Shown: positions 17,007 through 26,267 of the stretch, in pieces
Position numbering within the stretch: position 1 is the first letter of the stretch
How the letters are laid out: each line of letters begins with the position of its first letter
Assembly: GCA_963716255.1 (NCBI GenBank)
Contig: OY970303.1
Span: 6,432,001-6,496,000, forward strand
Length of the DNA: 64,000 nucleotides
Reading direction: 5' to 3'
Origin: an uncultured Gemmatimonadales bacterium
Lineage (GTDB): Bacteria; Gemmatimonadota; Gemmatimonadetes; Longimicrobiales; Longimicrobiaceae
Notes under the pieces: generated by a model
What the model saw: only the letters and a program-made list of their open reading frames with translations
What the model was told of the DNA's origin: nothing
Database searches by the model: none
Position numbers and translations under genes: made by a program

Positions 17007-18347
17007 ATGGCCCACGGCCACGACGACCCCGGATTTTCCGCGGAGGTCTTCCGCGCGCGGCGCGAGCGCTACCTGCGGCGCGCCGGAAGCGCGGTCACGG
17101 TGCTCCCGGCCGCGCGCGAGCGCTTCCGCTCGCGCGACACCGAGCTGCGCTTCCGGCAGGACAGCGACTTCCACTACCTCACCGGCTTCCCCGAGGCGGA
17201 GGCGGTGGCCGTGCTCACGCCGCACGACGCGGAGCGGCGCTTCACGCTGTTCGTGCGCCCGCGCGACCCGGAGCGCGAGGCGTGGAGCGGGGTGCGCCTG
17301 GGGGTGGAGGGGGCGCGGGAGCGCTTCGGCGCCGACGCGGCCTACCCGCTGGACGAGCTCGACCGGCACCTCCGCGAGCTGCTGCTCCCCGCGGACGAGG
17401 TGGTGTACGCCCTGGGCGCCCACCCGGAGATGGACCGGCGCATCACGGCGCTGCTGGGCGGCTTCCGCGGAACGAGGCCGCGCAGCGGCACGGGGCCGCT
17501 GGTACTCCGCGACCCGGACACCCTGCTGGCGGAGATGCGGCTGGTCAAGGAGCCCGCCGAGCTGGAGCTTCACCGGCGCGCGGCCCGCATCACCGCCGAG
17601 GGGCACCTGGCCGCCATGCGCGCCGCCCGCCCGGGCATCGGCGAGTGGGAGCTGGAAAGCCTGCTGGACGGCCACTTCCGCGGGGCCGGGGGCGGCGGCC
17701 CCGCCTACCCCACCATCGTGGGGTCCGGGGCGGGAGCCACGACGCTGCACTACGTCGCCAACGACCGCCGCGCCCAGGGCGGCGACCTGGTGCTGGTCGA
17801 CGCCGGCGCCGAGGTGGGGATGTACGCCGCCGACATCACCCGCACCTGGCCCGTGTCCGGGCGCTTCTCGCCGGCCCAGCGCGCCGTCTACGAGGTCGTG
17901 CTGGAGGCCGAGGAGGCCGCCCTCGCCGCGGTGCGCCCCGGCGTGTCCGTGCTGGACGCCCACGACGCCGCGGTGCGCGTGCTCACCCGCGGCATGGTGG
18001 AGCTGGGGCTGCTGGCCGGCGACGTGGACGAGCTGGTGCGCGACGGCGGCTTCCGCCGCTTCTACATGCACCAGACCTCCCACTGGCTAGGGCTGGACGT
18101 GCACGACGTGGGTCCGTACCGCCGCGCCGGCGGCGAGCCCGTCGCGCTGGAGCCGGGGATGGTGCTCACCATCGAGCCCGGGATCTACATCCCCGACTCG
18201 GCGCAGGACGTCCCGGCGGAGCTGCGCGGCATCGGGGTGCGCATCGAGGACAACGCCGTCGTCACGCCGGACGGGCACGAGGTCACCACCCGCGGCGTCC
18301 CGGTGTCCGTCGCGGAGGTGGAGGCGCGGGTGGGGAGCGGGGCGTAG
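17007..18347 (+). CDS. pepP: Xaa-Pro aminopeptidase
   Basis: FRQDSDFHYLTG, DAGAE..Y.ADITRT, HWLGLDVHD, TIEPG and GVRIED motifs. Confidence 0.93.
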   Translation: MAHGHDDPGFSAEVFRARRERYLRRAGSAVTVLPAARERFRSRDTELRFRQDSDFHYLTGFPEAEAVAVLTPHDAERRFTLFVRPRDPEREAWSGVRLGVEGARERFGADAAYPLDELDRHLRELLLPADEVVYALGAHPEMDRRITALLGGFRGTRPRSGTGPLVLRDPDTLLAEMRLVKEPAELELHRRAARITAEGHLAAMRAARPGIGEWELESLLDGHFRGAGGGGPAYPTIVGSGAGATTLHYVANDRRAQGGDLVLVDAGAEVGMYAADITRTWPVSGRFSPAQRAVYEVVLEAEEAALAAVRPGVSVLDAHDAAVRVLTRGMVELGLLAGDVDELVRDGGFRRFYMHQTSHWLGLDVHDVGPYRRAGGEPVALEPGMVLTIEPGIYIPDSAQDVPAELRGIGVRIEDNAVVTPDGHEVTTRGVPVSVAEVEARVGSGA

Positions 18348-18393
18348 GCGGCCCGGGCACGGGGCGCCGCTCACCTTGGAGGGCGGAGGAGTC

Positions 18394-19185
18394 ATGGTCC
18401 GGAGCGCGATGCGGGTGCGGGGCTTCGGGGAGGAAGCCGGGTTCCGCTGGCGGGGGAGGGAGGTCACGCGCCTGGAAGGGCTGAGCGATGCCGTCTTCGG
18501 CTTCGCCATCACCCTGCTGGTGGTCTCGCTGGAGGTGCCGCGCACCTTCGGCGAGATGCTGGAGGCAATGCGCGGCTTCCCCGCCTTCGCCGCGTCGTTC
18601 GCCGTGCTCTTCTGGATCTGGCACTCGCAGTACCTGTTCTTCCGCCGCTACGGGCTGCACGACCGGGCCACCACCGTGCTCAACGCCCTCCTCCTCTTCG
18701 TGGTGCTGTTCTTCATCTACCCGCTCAAGTTCGTCTTCAGCTACGTCATCGCGCTCTACACCTCCGGCATCCCCTTCGTCGCGGGCGCGGACGGCGCCCG
18801 CGTGCCGATGGTGACGCTGGAGCAGGGTCCGCTGATGATGGCGGTGTACGGCGGCGGGTACGTGGCGGTGTTCCTGCTCTTCGCGCTCCTGTACCTGCAC
18901 GCGTGGAGGCTGCGCGACGCGCTGGCCCTGAGCGCCGTGGAGCGCTTCGACACCCGCGCCGACGTCCGCACCGCGCTCCTCAACGTCGCCGTGGGCGTGC
19001 TTTCCATCGCCGTCGCGCTCGTGGGCCGCGGCCCGCTCAGCCTGGCCGCGGCCGGCTTCACCTACGCGCTGCTGGGCCCGGTCATGGCGGTGGACGGGAT
19101 CTCGCGCGGCCGCCGCCGCAGGCGCCTCCTGGAGGCCGGCGATCCCGCCGCGGAGCGGACGGGAGCCGCCGTCGCCGCGGGCTGA
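18394..19185 (+). CDS. TMEM175-family potassium channel-like protein
   Basis: RLEGLSDAVFGFAITLLV signature; multiple TM helices. Confidence 0.82.
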   Translation: MVRSAMRVRGFGEEAGFRWRGREVTRLEGLSDAVFGFAITLLVVSLEVPRTFGEMLEAMRGFPAFAASFAVLFWIWHSQYLFFRRYGLHDRATTVLNALLLFVVLFFIYPLKFVFSYVIALYTSGIPFVAGADGARVPMVTLEQGPLMMAVYGGGYVAVFLLFALLYLHAWRLRDALALSAVERFDTRADVRTALLNVAVGVLSIAVALVGRGPLSLAAAGFTYALLGPVMAVDGISRGRRRRRLLEAGDPAAERTGAAVAAG

Positions 19186-19350
19186 ACGGAGGCGCGCCGC
19201 CGGGTCCTGTCCGTCGAACCGCTTCCCGCGGCCGACCCGCGCCGGCGGAAAGCAGGTACCGGGGACGGGCGCTGCCTGCGAGTGTCCGATTCGTCGGACA
19301 GAGCCCGGGAAGGCCGCTCCTTGCGCCGGGGGGAGCCGCGCTGTAACCTA

Positions 19351-19364
19351 CAACCAAATGGTTG
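19351..19364. promoter_or_regulatory. putative ArsR autoregulatory operator overlapping the start codon
   Basis: inverted repeat CAACC-aaat-GGTTG. Confidence 0.6.
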
Positions 19365-19708
19365 CACCTTCTTCGCTCAGCGATGCGGAAATCGACCGCG
19401 TCTTCCAGGCCCTGGCCGATGCGACCCGACGGGACATCGTCGCGCGCGTCATGGCCGGGGAGGCAGCGTCGATCTCGGCGCTCGCGGCGCGGTACGACAT
19501 GTCCTTCGCGGCGGTGCAGAAGCACGTCGCCGTGTTGGAAGGAGCCGGGCTCGTCACGAAGCGGACGCAGGGGCGCGAGAAGATCGTCCGCGCCAACCCG
19601 GAGCAGCTGGCGCGGGCGCGCGAGCTGCTCGCCCGGCTCGAGGGCCTGTGGAGGGCCCGGTTCAGCCAGCTCGATCGCGTGTTCACCCATCCCAGCCACC
19701 AGGAGTGA
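19358..19708 (+). CDS. ArsR/SmtB family transcriptional regulator
   Basis: FQALADATRRDI...MSFAAVQKHVAVLEGAGLV. Confidence 0.9.
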   Translation: MVAPSSLSDAEIDRVFQALADATRRDIVARVMAGEAASISALAARYDMSFAAVQKHVAVLEGAGLVTKRTQGREKIVRANPEQLARARELLARLEGLWRARFSQLDRVFTHPSHQE

Positions 19709-19711
19709 GCC

Positions 19712-20233
19712 ATGCCCATCCGGTCCGTCACCTCAGACAAGGACGCCCTTACCCTGACAGTGGTCGGCGAGTACCCCGTCCCGGTCGAGCGCTTATGGGA
19801 GGCGTACGCCGACCCGCGCCAGCTGGAGCGGTTCTGGGGACCGGAAACCTGGCCGGCCACCTTCACCCGGCACGACATGGCGGTCGGGGGTCGCTCCGAG
19901 TACTCCATGACCGGACCGGACGGCAGCTCGTCGCGCGGCTGGTGGCGGTTTCTCGCCGTGGAGCCGCACCGCCGGATCGAAGTGGAGGACGGCTTCTCGC
20001 ACGACGACGGCAGCCCGAACGAAGACATGCCGTCGATGCGCATGGTCTTCACGTTCGAGCCGACGGAGGGTGGCTCGCGGTTCACCAGCGTCACGCACTT
20101 CACCAGTCTGGAGTCGATGCAGCAGCTGGTGGACATGGGGATGATCGAGGGCATGAAGTCGGCTCTCGGGCAGCTGGACGGTGTGCTGGCCGAGCCCTCG
20201 TCGGCAGCGGCGGGCCGCACCCCGGACGCGTAG
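19712..20233 (+). CDS. SRPBCC/AHSA1 domain protein
   Basis: LWEAYADP..LERFWGP, GG...Y.MTGPDG. Confidence 0.88.
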   Translation: MPIRSVTSDKDALTLTVVGEYPVPVERLWEAYADPRQLERFWGPETWPATFTRHDMAVGGRSEYSMTGPDGSSSRGWWRFLAVEPHRRIEVEDGFSHDDGSPNEDMPSMRMVFTFEPTEGGSRFTSVTHFTSLESMQQLVDMGMIEGMKSALGQLDGVLAEPSSAAAGRTPDA

Positions 20234-20249
20234 CGGACGGCTGCCTGCG

Positions 20250-20289
20250 GACGACGCCCCCGCCGGGATCTCCCGGCGGGGGCGTCGTC
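20250..20289. terminator. family C hairpin between convergent genes
   Basis: GACGACGCCCCCGCCGGGA-tc-TCCCGGCGGGGGCGTCGTC. Confidence 0.68.
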
Positions 20290-20317
20290 GCGTACTCCCT
20301 AACTTCCGTGCCGGAGG

Positions 20318-20698
20318 CTAGGTCGCGGGGACCAGGTCCGCGCGGAGGTTCGCCGTCTCCACGTGGCACTCGCCGCGCTTCACCGACACGTCGGCGCGGG
20401 TCCAGTCACGGTACCCAGCCTTCCTGACGGTGACCACGTACACTCCCGCGCGCTCGTGCGCGATCCCCATGGAGGAGAACTCCGCCGGGATCTCCACCGT
20501 TTCCACGAACGCCCCGTCGCGCACCGTCAGCGTGGCGGGCCCCGCGAGCGCCGCCCCCGTCTGCGCGTGGCGCATCTCCACCTGCACGGCGGTGCGCGCC
20601 TCCATGGTGCACACCGTGTCCTCCAGCGGGTTCTGCGGGCACGCCGCCAGCAGCGGCACGAGCGCGACCAGGCCCAGCCTCACCAGGGTTTTCTTCAT
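20318..20698 (-). CDS. lipoprotein with carboxypeptidase-regulatory-like Ig domain
   Basis: GGAGG RBS; lipobox LAAC; ERAGVYVVTVRKAGY. Confidence 0.72.
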   Translation of the reverse strand: MKKTLVRLGLVALVPLLAACPQNPLEDTVCTMEARTAVQVEMRHAQTGAALAGPATLTVRDGAFVETVEIPAEFSSMGIAHERAGVYVVTVRKAGYRDWTRADVSVKRGECHVETANLRADLVPAT

Positions 20699-20833
20699 CG
20701 TTCCTCCGGGATGGAAGTGGAAGCTCACAACGCACGCCGTCGCTGCCCTCTGGACGCCGCCCGCCCGCCGCGGGTCACTGCGAGCCCGGCCCGAAGGGCC
20801 CCCACCCGGCGGCCTTAGAGCCGCCACCCACCC

Positions 20834-20997
20834 CCGCGGACGCCAGCGCGAGCCCCGCGTGAGGGATTTCGGCCCGAAGGGGCGAGACCCGGCGGGGCTG
20901 TTTCCGCCGGGTCTCGACTCCGTTACGCACGGTTGTTTCGTGCGTTACGGAGCCGAAGCCCGACCCCGGCGCCCGCCGGGGGCACGCCCGAACCCGC
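20834..20997 (-). repeat. repeat family A, copy 6 (inverted)
   Basis: reverse complement of the consensus. Confidence 0.92.
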
Positions 20998-21015
20998 CGT
21001 AAGATAAACCCGCAC

Positions 21016-23280
21016 TCACCAGGAGAACACGTCGAGTATGCTCGAGTGGTCGTCCGTCCACGCCCGCACGCCAGGCCTGCCACGAACCGGCCGCCAGCGC
21101 GCGTCCGTGGCCAGCATCCCCAGGTCCCAGTCGCTGCGGGCCACCACGATCCAGGTGGACAGGTTCTGGTACGGGAGCGCCCGCGGGATCCCCCACGCCC
21201 CCACGCGCACCGCCAGCCCCCGCTCGCGCGCCAGCGCCGCCACCACCGGCTCCAGGTCCAGGTAGCGGTTGCTGACGTGCACGGCGATGCGCCCGCCCGG
21301 GGCCAGCCGCTCCAGGTAGATGCCCAGCGCTTCGCGGGTGAGCAGGTGCACGGGGATGGCGTCCGAGCTGAAGGCGTCCAGCACGATCAGGTCGTAGGTG
21401 GGCGCCCGCTCGCGGACCTCGCGCGCCAGCGACACGCGCGCGTCCCCCAGCACCACGCGCGTTGGAGCCGGCGAATCGGGCAGGTAGGTGAAGAGCCGCC
21501 GGTCGCGGGCGATGCGCTCCATCCCCGGGTCGATCTCGAAGAAGGTCCAGCGCTCGTTCTCCGAGGCGTAGGCGGCCGTGGTTCCCGCGCCCAGCCCCAC
21601 CACGGCCACGCGGCGCGCGCGGGTGGAGAGCCCCTGCGTGGCGAACACGTCGCCCAGCGGGCCGATGCGCACGTAGTAGGTGAGCGGGTCGCGGCGGTGC
21701 TCCGGGTCCAGGCTCTGCGCGCCGTGCATGGTGGAGCCGTGGGTGAGCACGTGGAAGGCCTCGTCGCCCGCCGTCCCCCGCACCACGCGGTAGTGCCCGA
21801 AGAAGGAGCGGTCGGCGTGCAGGATGGGCGCGGCGCGCTGGTCCTCGACCGCGCGCACCAGGTACACCGACCCCAGGCAAAGCGCGAGCAGGAGCGGCGC
21901 CCGCCCCAGCACAGCCGAAAGGAGCGCCACGTACACCCCGCCCATCCCCGCGAGCAGGACGAACGGGGTCGTCCCGGGGTCGCGGCTGGTGAGCAGGTAC
22001 AGCGCCACGGCGAACCCGGCGGCCCGCAGCGCCGCCAGGGCGTGCTCGCGCAGGGTGCGCCCCTCCTCCGGCCAGGGGCGCGCCAGGCAGGCGAGCACCA
22101 GCACCAGCGGGTACTCCCACGTTTCTGTGAACACCAGGGGTGCCACCAGCACGTTGAAGATACCCCCCAGCACCCCGCCCACCGACAGCCACAGGTAGAA
22201 CTCGGTGAGGTGGCGCGCGTCCGGCCGGCGGCGCGACAGCTCGCCGTGGCACACCATGGCGGTGACGAAGAGCGCCGCCAGGTGGATGGGCACGGCGACG
22301 GCGGGGCGGGTCAGCGAGCTGCCCAGCAGCAGGTACACCACGGCCACCAGCAGCGCCGGCTGCGCCGCCACCATCCACCCGTGCGGAACCAGCTGCCGCG
22401 GCGCGAACACCAGGGTGAAGGTGAGCAGGTACAGCGCCAGCGGGAGCACCCAGAGGAGCGGCGCGGGGGTCAGGTCGGTGGTCAGGTAGGTGGTGGCCCC
22501 CAGCAGCAAGCTGGACGGCAGGAAGGCGAGCCCCACCCAGGCGGCCCGCCGCCGCGCGGTCACCGGCGCCGGGTCCGCGGCGGCGGCCCCGCGGGCCGCG
22601 GCCGCCCCCGCCGCGTGCGTGCGCCACACCAGCGCGGCGCACCCGGCCACCCCCGCCACGAGGAGCGCGTAGCCCGCGGCCCACACGGCGCTCTGCTGCG
22701 CAAGGTGCAGCCCCGGCTCCAGCAGGAACGGGTACGCCAGCAGCCCCAGCAGGCTTCCCAGGTTGCTGGCGGCGTACAGCCAGTACGGGTTCGCCGCGGC
22801 GGGCGACCCGCTCTCCGCGAACCAGCGCTGGAGGATGGGCCCCGTCCCCGCCAGCACCATGAACGGCGCGCCCACGGTGGTGAGCAGCACCAGCAGCAGC
22901 CAGGGGATGGGGGCGCCCCCGCCCGTGGGCGCCGCGTCACCCACCGCAAGCGGGAGGGCCAGGCCGGCGGCGAGCATCAGCGCCAGGTGCACGGCGGCCT
23001 GGCGGCGCACCCCCAGCGCGCGCGTGGTCAGGTGCGCCCACAGGTAGCCGCCCAGCAGCGCCGCCTGGAAGAAGAGCATGCAGGTGTTCCACACCGCCGG
23101 CGAGCCGCCCAGCAGCGGGAGCACCATCTTGCCGAACATGGGCTGCACCTGGAACAGCAGGAACGCCCCGGCGAAGACGGTGGCCGCGTAGGCGCCCACG
23201 AGCGCGGCGGCGCCACGGCGTGGGGTCGGGGGGGCGTGCGGCTCGGCCGCGGGGGTCACTGCGGGTGCGGCGCTTTCCAC
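21016..23280 (-). CDS. fused membrane/spermidine synthase-like SAM-binding protein
   Basis: LLFQVQPM..K..LP.LGGSPAVW, VVGLGAGT, EIDP, LDAFSSDAIP.HL and WTDD motifs; start uncertain. Confidence 0.87.
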   Translation of the reverse strand: MESAAPAVTPAAEPHAPPTPRRGAAALVGAYAATVFAGAFLLFQVQPMFGKMVLPLLGGSPAVWNTCMLFFQAALLGGYLWAHLTTRALGVRRQAAVHLALMLAAGLALPLAVGDAAPTGGGAPIPWLLLVLLTTVGAPFMVLAGTGPILQRWFAESGSPAAANPYWLYAASNLGSLLGLLAYPFLLEPGLHLAQQSAVWAAGYALLVAGVAGCAALVWRTHAAGAAAARGAAAADPAPVTARRRAAWVGLAFLPSSLLLGATTYLTTDLTPAPLLWVLPLALYLLTFTLVFAPRQLVPHGWMVAAQPALLVAVVYLLLGSSLTRPAVAVPIHLAALFVTAMVCHGELSRRRPDARHLTEFYLWLSVGGVLGGIFNVLVAPLVFTETWEYPLVLVLACLARPWPEEGRTLREHALAALRAAGFAVALYLLTSRDPGTTPFVLLAGMGGVYVALLSAVLGRAPLLLALCLGSVYLVRAVEDQRAAPILHADRSFFGHYRVVRGTAGDEAFHVLTHGSTMHGAQSLDPEHRRDPLTYYVRIGPLGDVFATQGLSTRARRVAVVGLGAGTTAAYASENERWTFFEIDPGMERIARDRRLFTYLPDSPAPTRVVLGDARVSLAREVRERAPTYDLIVLDAFSSDAIPVHLLTREALGIYLERLAPGGRIAVHVSNRYLDLEPVVAALARERGLAVRVGAWGIPRALPYQNLSTWIVVARSDWDLGMLATDARWRPVRGRPGVRAWTDDHSSILDVFSW

Positions 23281-23381
23281 GGGTGTCGGGTGCTGGGCGT
23301 TGCTCGGAGTCGCTGGGTCGCGGGGGAATCTACCAGCGGGGGCGGGGGCGTCGATAGCGGTTGCCGGTTCGAGGTTCAACA

Positions 23382-23557
23382 GCGGGTTCGGGCGTGCCCC
23401 CGGCTGGCGCCGGGGTCGGGCTTCGGCTCCGTAACGCACGAAACAACCGTGCGTAACGGAGTCGAGCCCGCGCCAGCACCTCTGAACTGAGGTGCCGCGC
23501 GGTCTCGCCCCTTCGGGCCGAAATCCCTCACGCGGGCATCGCGCTGGCGTCCGCGGG
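23382..23557 (+). repeat. repeat family A, copy 7 (one hairpin lengthened)
   Basis: consensus termini; inserted GCACCTC-tgaact-GAGGTGC stem. Confidence 0.9.
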
Positions 23558-23780
23558 GAGGCGCGGCGTCGTGCGTTCTGCGGTGCGGAGGCGCAGCCTG
23601 CCAGCCGCGGGGGGCGGCGGCGGGCGCGCGGGGGCGGGGTGCGTTCGGGGCGACCGGCTCCGATAACTGACTGTACGGCAAGCGCTTCGCGCTCCGGCGA
23701 CGCGACTTCGTCAGGATTTGGCGCGAGAGCGGTGCGGGAGTTGCGGCGCGTGTGGGCGGGGTCGATGCTGCGGAGGAGCC

Positions 23781-23960
23781 ATGGATGAAGCGCGGACCGA
23801 AAGGCTGATCGCCCGTGCGCGCGAGGCGCGCGCCAGGTTCCTGCGCCTCAAAGCCGATGCGCTGCGCAGCATGGACCACTCCCGGATCCTCCGGGAGAAG
23901 GCCCGGAACCGGCCGGACGCGACGCGGCAGGAAGGGAGCGGAGACGATGGCGATGCGTGA
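23781..23960 (+). CDS. small hypothetical helical protein (59 aa)
   Basis: GGAGGA RBS before ATG; overlaps the next gene. Confidence 0.55.
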   Translation: MDEARTERLIARAREARARFLRLKADALRSMDHSRILREKARNRPDATRQEGSGDDGDA

Positions 23961-24192
23961 GCTGGTGCACCAGGGCGTCACCTGGACCATCTGGGACGTC
24001 CGTCCCACCTCGGTGGCGCGCCTGCGCCTGACCGGCGCCACCGAGGTGCTGGAGGCCGGCTGGCTGTGCTTCGAGTCGCCGGCCGAGAAGCGGCGCGTGG
24101 TCCCCATCCCCGAAGGGTGGGAGGCCTGGACGGACGACGACCTGGGGAGCTGCCTGGAACGGGCGGAAGTGCACACCCGCCGCCACGCCTGA
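23947..24192 (+). CDS. small hypothetical Trp-rich protein (81 aa)
   Basis: GGAG RBS; WTIWDV...GWLCFESPAEKRRVVPIPEGWE; typical codon usage. Confidence 0.72.
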   Translation: MAMRELVHQGVTWTIWDVRPTSVARLRLTGATEVLEAGWLCFESPAEKRRVVPIPEGWEAWTDDDLGSCLERAEVHTRRHA

Positions 24193-24403
24193 CCCGCGGC
24201 CGGCGCCTCCACACCACGCACCTCCCGACGACGACAGGGGCGCTCACCATGCGGTGAGCGCCCCTGTCGTCGTGCTGCCCTGCGGCCCTCACCCGGCTCG
24301 CTGAGGGCTCGCCACCCTCTCCATTCCTTCGGTTCACGCGAAGCGTGAAGCGCCATTCCGGGAGAGGGGACAACTGCTGGATCTTGAGTACGGGCAAGTG
24401 GTT

Positions 24404-24537
24404 GCGTGAGGGATTACGGCCCGAAGGGGCGAGACCCGCGCAGTTTGCGGGGCTCGACTCCGTCAGCCCGCGTTGTATGCGGGCTTACGGAGCCGAAGCC
24501 CGACCCCGGCGCCAGCCGGGGGCACGCCCGAACCCGC
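24404..24537 (-). repeat. repeat family A, copy 8 (inverted)
   Basis: inner stem AGCCCGC/GCGGGCT with loop ATACAAC. Confidence 0.9.
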
Positions 24538-24567
24538 CGTTGGGTCCCTTTCTAAACGATACCGGCC

Positions 24568-25095
24568 TTACTGCTGCGCCGGCGCCGCGGCGCGAAGCTC
24601 CTGGAGCCGCGTGAGCAACGTCTGCGTCTCCGGCTCCAGCTCGGCCATCTTGGCGACGATCCGCTCCTGGAAGCTCTTGATGCGGGCGGCCATGGCGGCG
24701 TCCTGCATGGCGCGCTGCCGCGCCGAGGCGAACCCCTGCTGGAGCTGCGTGGCTTCGGCGGCGAGCTGGTTGAGCTTGGCGTTGTCCTTGGCGGCCTGGG
24801 CCGCGGTGACCTCGGCCTTGAGCGCCTCGGCGCGCGCCGCCTGGGCCCTGAAGGTGGGGTCCAGCCGCTCCATGGTGGCCGTCATCTCGGTGCCGATGGA
24901 GTCCTGGGCCGCCTTGAGGGCGGCGTCCTGGAGGGCGCGGGCCTGGATCTGCTGCAGGCGGGCCTGGATCTGCTGCATCTCCGCCTGCGCGGGGGCCTGC
25001 GGCTGCGGGGCGGCGGGCGTCCCCTGGGCCGACAGCGCGGCGGGGGCGGCCGCGAGCGCCAGGGCGAAGAGCGAGGTGCGAAGCGTATTGGACAC
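24568..25095 (-). CDS. secreted Gln/Ala-rich coiled-coil protein
   Basis: [13 protein letters not shown] start, signal peptide ending LSA, all-helical composition. Confidence 0.75.
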   Translation of the reverse strand: MSNTLRTSLFALALAAAPAALSAQGTPAAPQPQAPAQAEMQQIQARLQQIQARALQDAALKAAQDSIGTEMTATMERLDPTFRAQAARAEALKAEVTAAQAAKDNAKLNQLAAEATQLQQGFASARQRAMQDAAMAARIKSFQERIVAKMAELEPETQTLLTRLQELRAAAPAQQ

Positions 25096-25343
25096 GGGAA
25101 CTCCTTCCGGACGGTGGTGCGCGTGGCGCGGGTGCGGTGCGCCGGCGGGTGCGGCGCGCTCTCGCCGCACAGAAACCCCGCGGCGCCCGCGGAGTTCCCC
25201 ACGCGTTCCGTGCACAACGTCCATCCTCGCAGCGGGTTGGCCCCCCGGCGGGCGTCCGGCGGGGCGGCGGGCTGGACTCGCCGCCGCCTCCCGTGTACAG
25301 TTGTCGCGTCCCGGTCCACCCCCCCCTCGCAGACGACGCGCAC

Positions 25344-25640
25344 GTGAGCAGCCTTCCGCCGTTCCTGGAGCTTCCCCCGGAGAAGCGTCCGCCGCGCCCC
25401 CCGCGGAGCGTCCGCACCGCGGTGCTCCTCGCCCTCTTCTTCGGGCCGCTGGGGCTCTTCTACGTGTCGGCCGTCAGCGGTGTGCTGATGACCTTCGTCA
25501 CCCTGGTGGCGGCGCTGTCCACGGTGGGCGTGGGGCTGATCTTCGCCTGGCCGCTGTGCGTGGTGTGGGCCTACATCGCCGCGAGCTCCCACCACGACGA
25601 CACGGCGGGCGCGTCCGGGGACGGCGGGACCGCCCGCTAG
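25344..25640 (+). CDS. small membrane protein
   Basis: AVLLALFFGPLGLFY plus further hydrophobic segments. Confidence 0.65.
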   Translation: MSSLPPFLELPPEKRPPRPPRSVRTAVLLALFFGPLGLFYVSAVSGVLMTFVTLVAALSTVGVGLIFAWPLCVVWAYIAASSHHDDTAGASGDGGTAR

Positions 25641-25683
25641 AAGACAAGGCCGCCGGCCAGCCGCACCCGCGGACGCCGGCGCG

Positions 25684-25722
25684 AGCCCGACCCCGGCGCC
25701 AGCCGGGGGCACGCCCGAACCC
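25684..25722 (-). repeat. repeat family A, partial copy (5' hairpin only)
   Basis: AGCCCGACCCCGGCGCCAGCCGGGGGCACGCCCGAACCC. Confidence 0.8.
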
Positions 25723-25745
25723 TGCCGTCCCGTCCGTCCTGGAAG

Positions 25746-26084
25746 TCAGCGCTCCACCTGCTCCCCCGTGCGCAGCTCGTACGACGGCCCCTCGATCCAG
25801 AACAGCAGGTGCTCCGCGTCCGGCAGCTCCGGGTGCGGCCGGGCCAGCTCCACCGCCCAGAGCGGGTCCACGATCCCCGGCCTCACCACCCGCTCCACCG
25901 TTTCCGGCTCCGTCCGTACCACCTTCACCACGGCCGGCGTTTCCAGCTCCACCAGGCTGGTGTCCAGGTAGCGGAGGTCGTACGCAACCAGCCGCTGGGC
26001 CGTGAAGGTCCAGCCGCGATGGATCGCGTAGTCCTCGCGGACGGTGTCCAGCACCCACTGGCGGACAAGGTCGGTCTCCAGCAT
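25746..26084 (-). CDS. hypothetical protein
   Basis: MLETDLVRQW... with globular composition and GC3-rich codons. Confidence 0.6.
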   Translation of the reverse strand: MLETDLVRQWVLDTVREDYAIHRGWTFTAQRLVAYDLRYLDTSLVELETPAVVKVVRTEPETVERVVRPGIVDPLWAVELARPHPELPDAEHLLFWIEGPSYELRTGEQVER

Positions 26085-26267
26085 CGCGCCCGTTCCGGTG
26101 TCGTCCTCTCGGCATGCCCGCCGCTCCACGGAGCACGACCCGTTCCCGCGCGCCGAAGCCCGCCCTGCCGGACGGAGCCCGCACACGATCCTTGCCAGAC
26201 ACATTTGCAGACATATTTTGCGGATGCACCCCAAAGGATCGACCCACCTCGGAACCGGGAGCCCGCC

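Noticed and set aside
23281..23439. Recurring peptides such as YGAEARPRRQPGARPNP and RDFGPKGRD in many listed ORFs
   Set aside because: These are translations of repeat A in various frames; they create false N-terminal extensions (antiporter, spermidine synthase-like gene) and are not a protein domain
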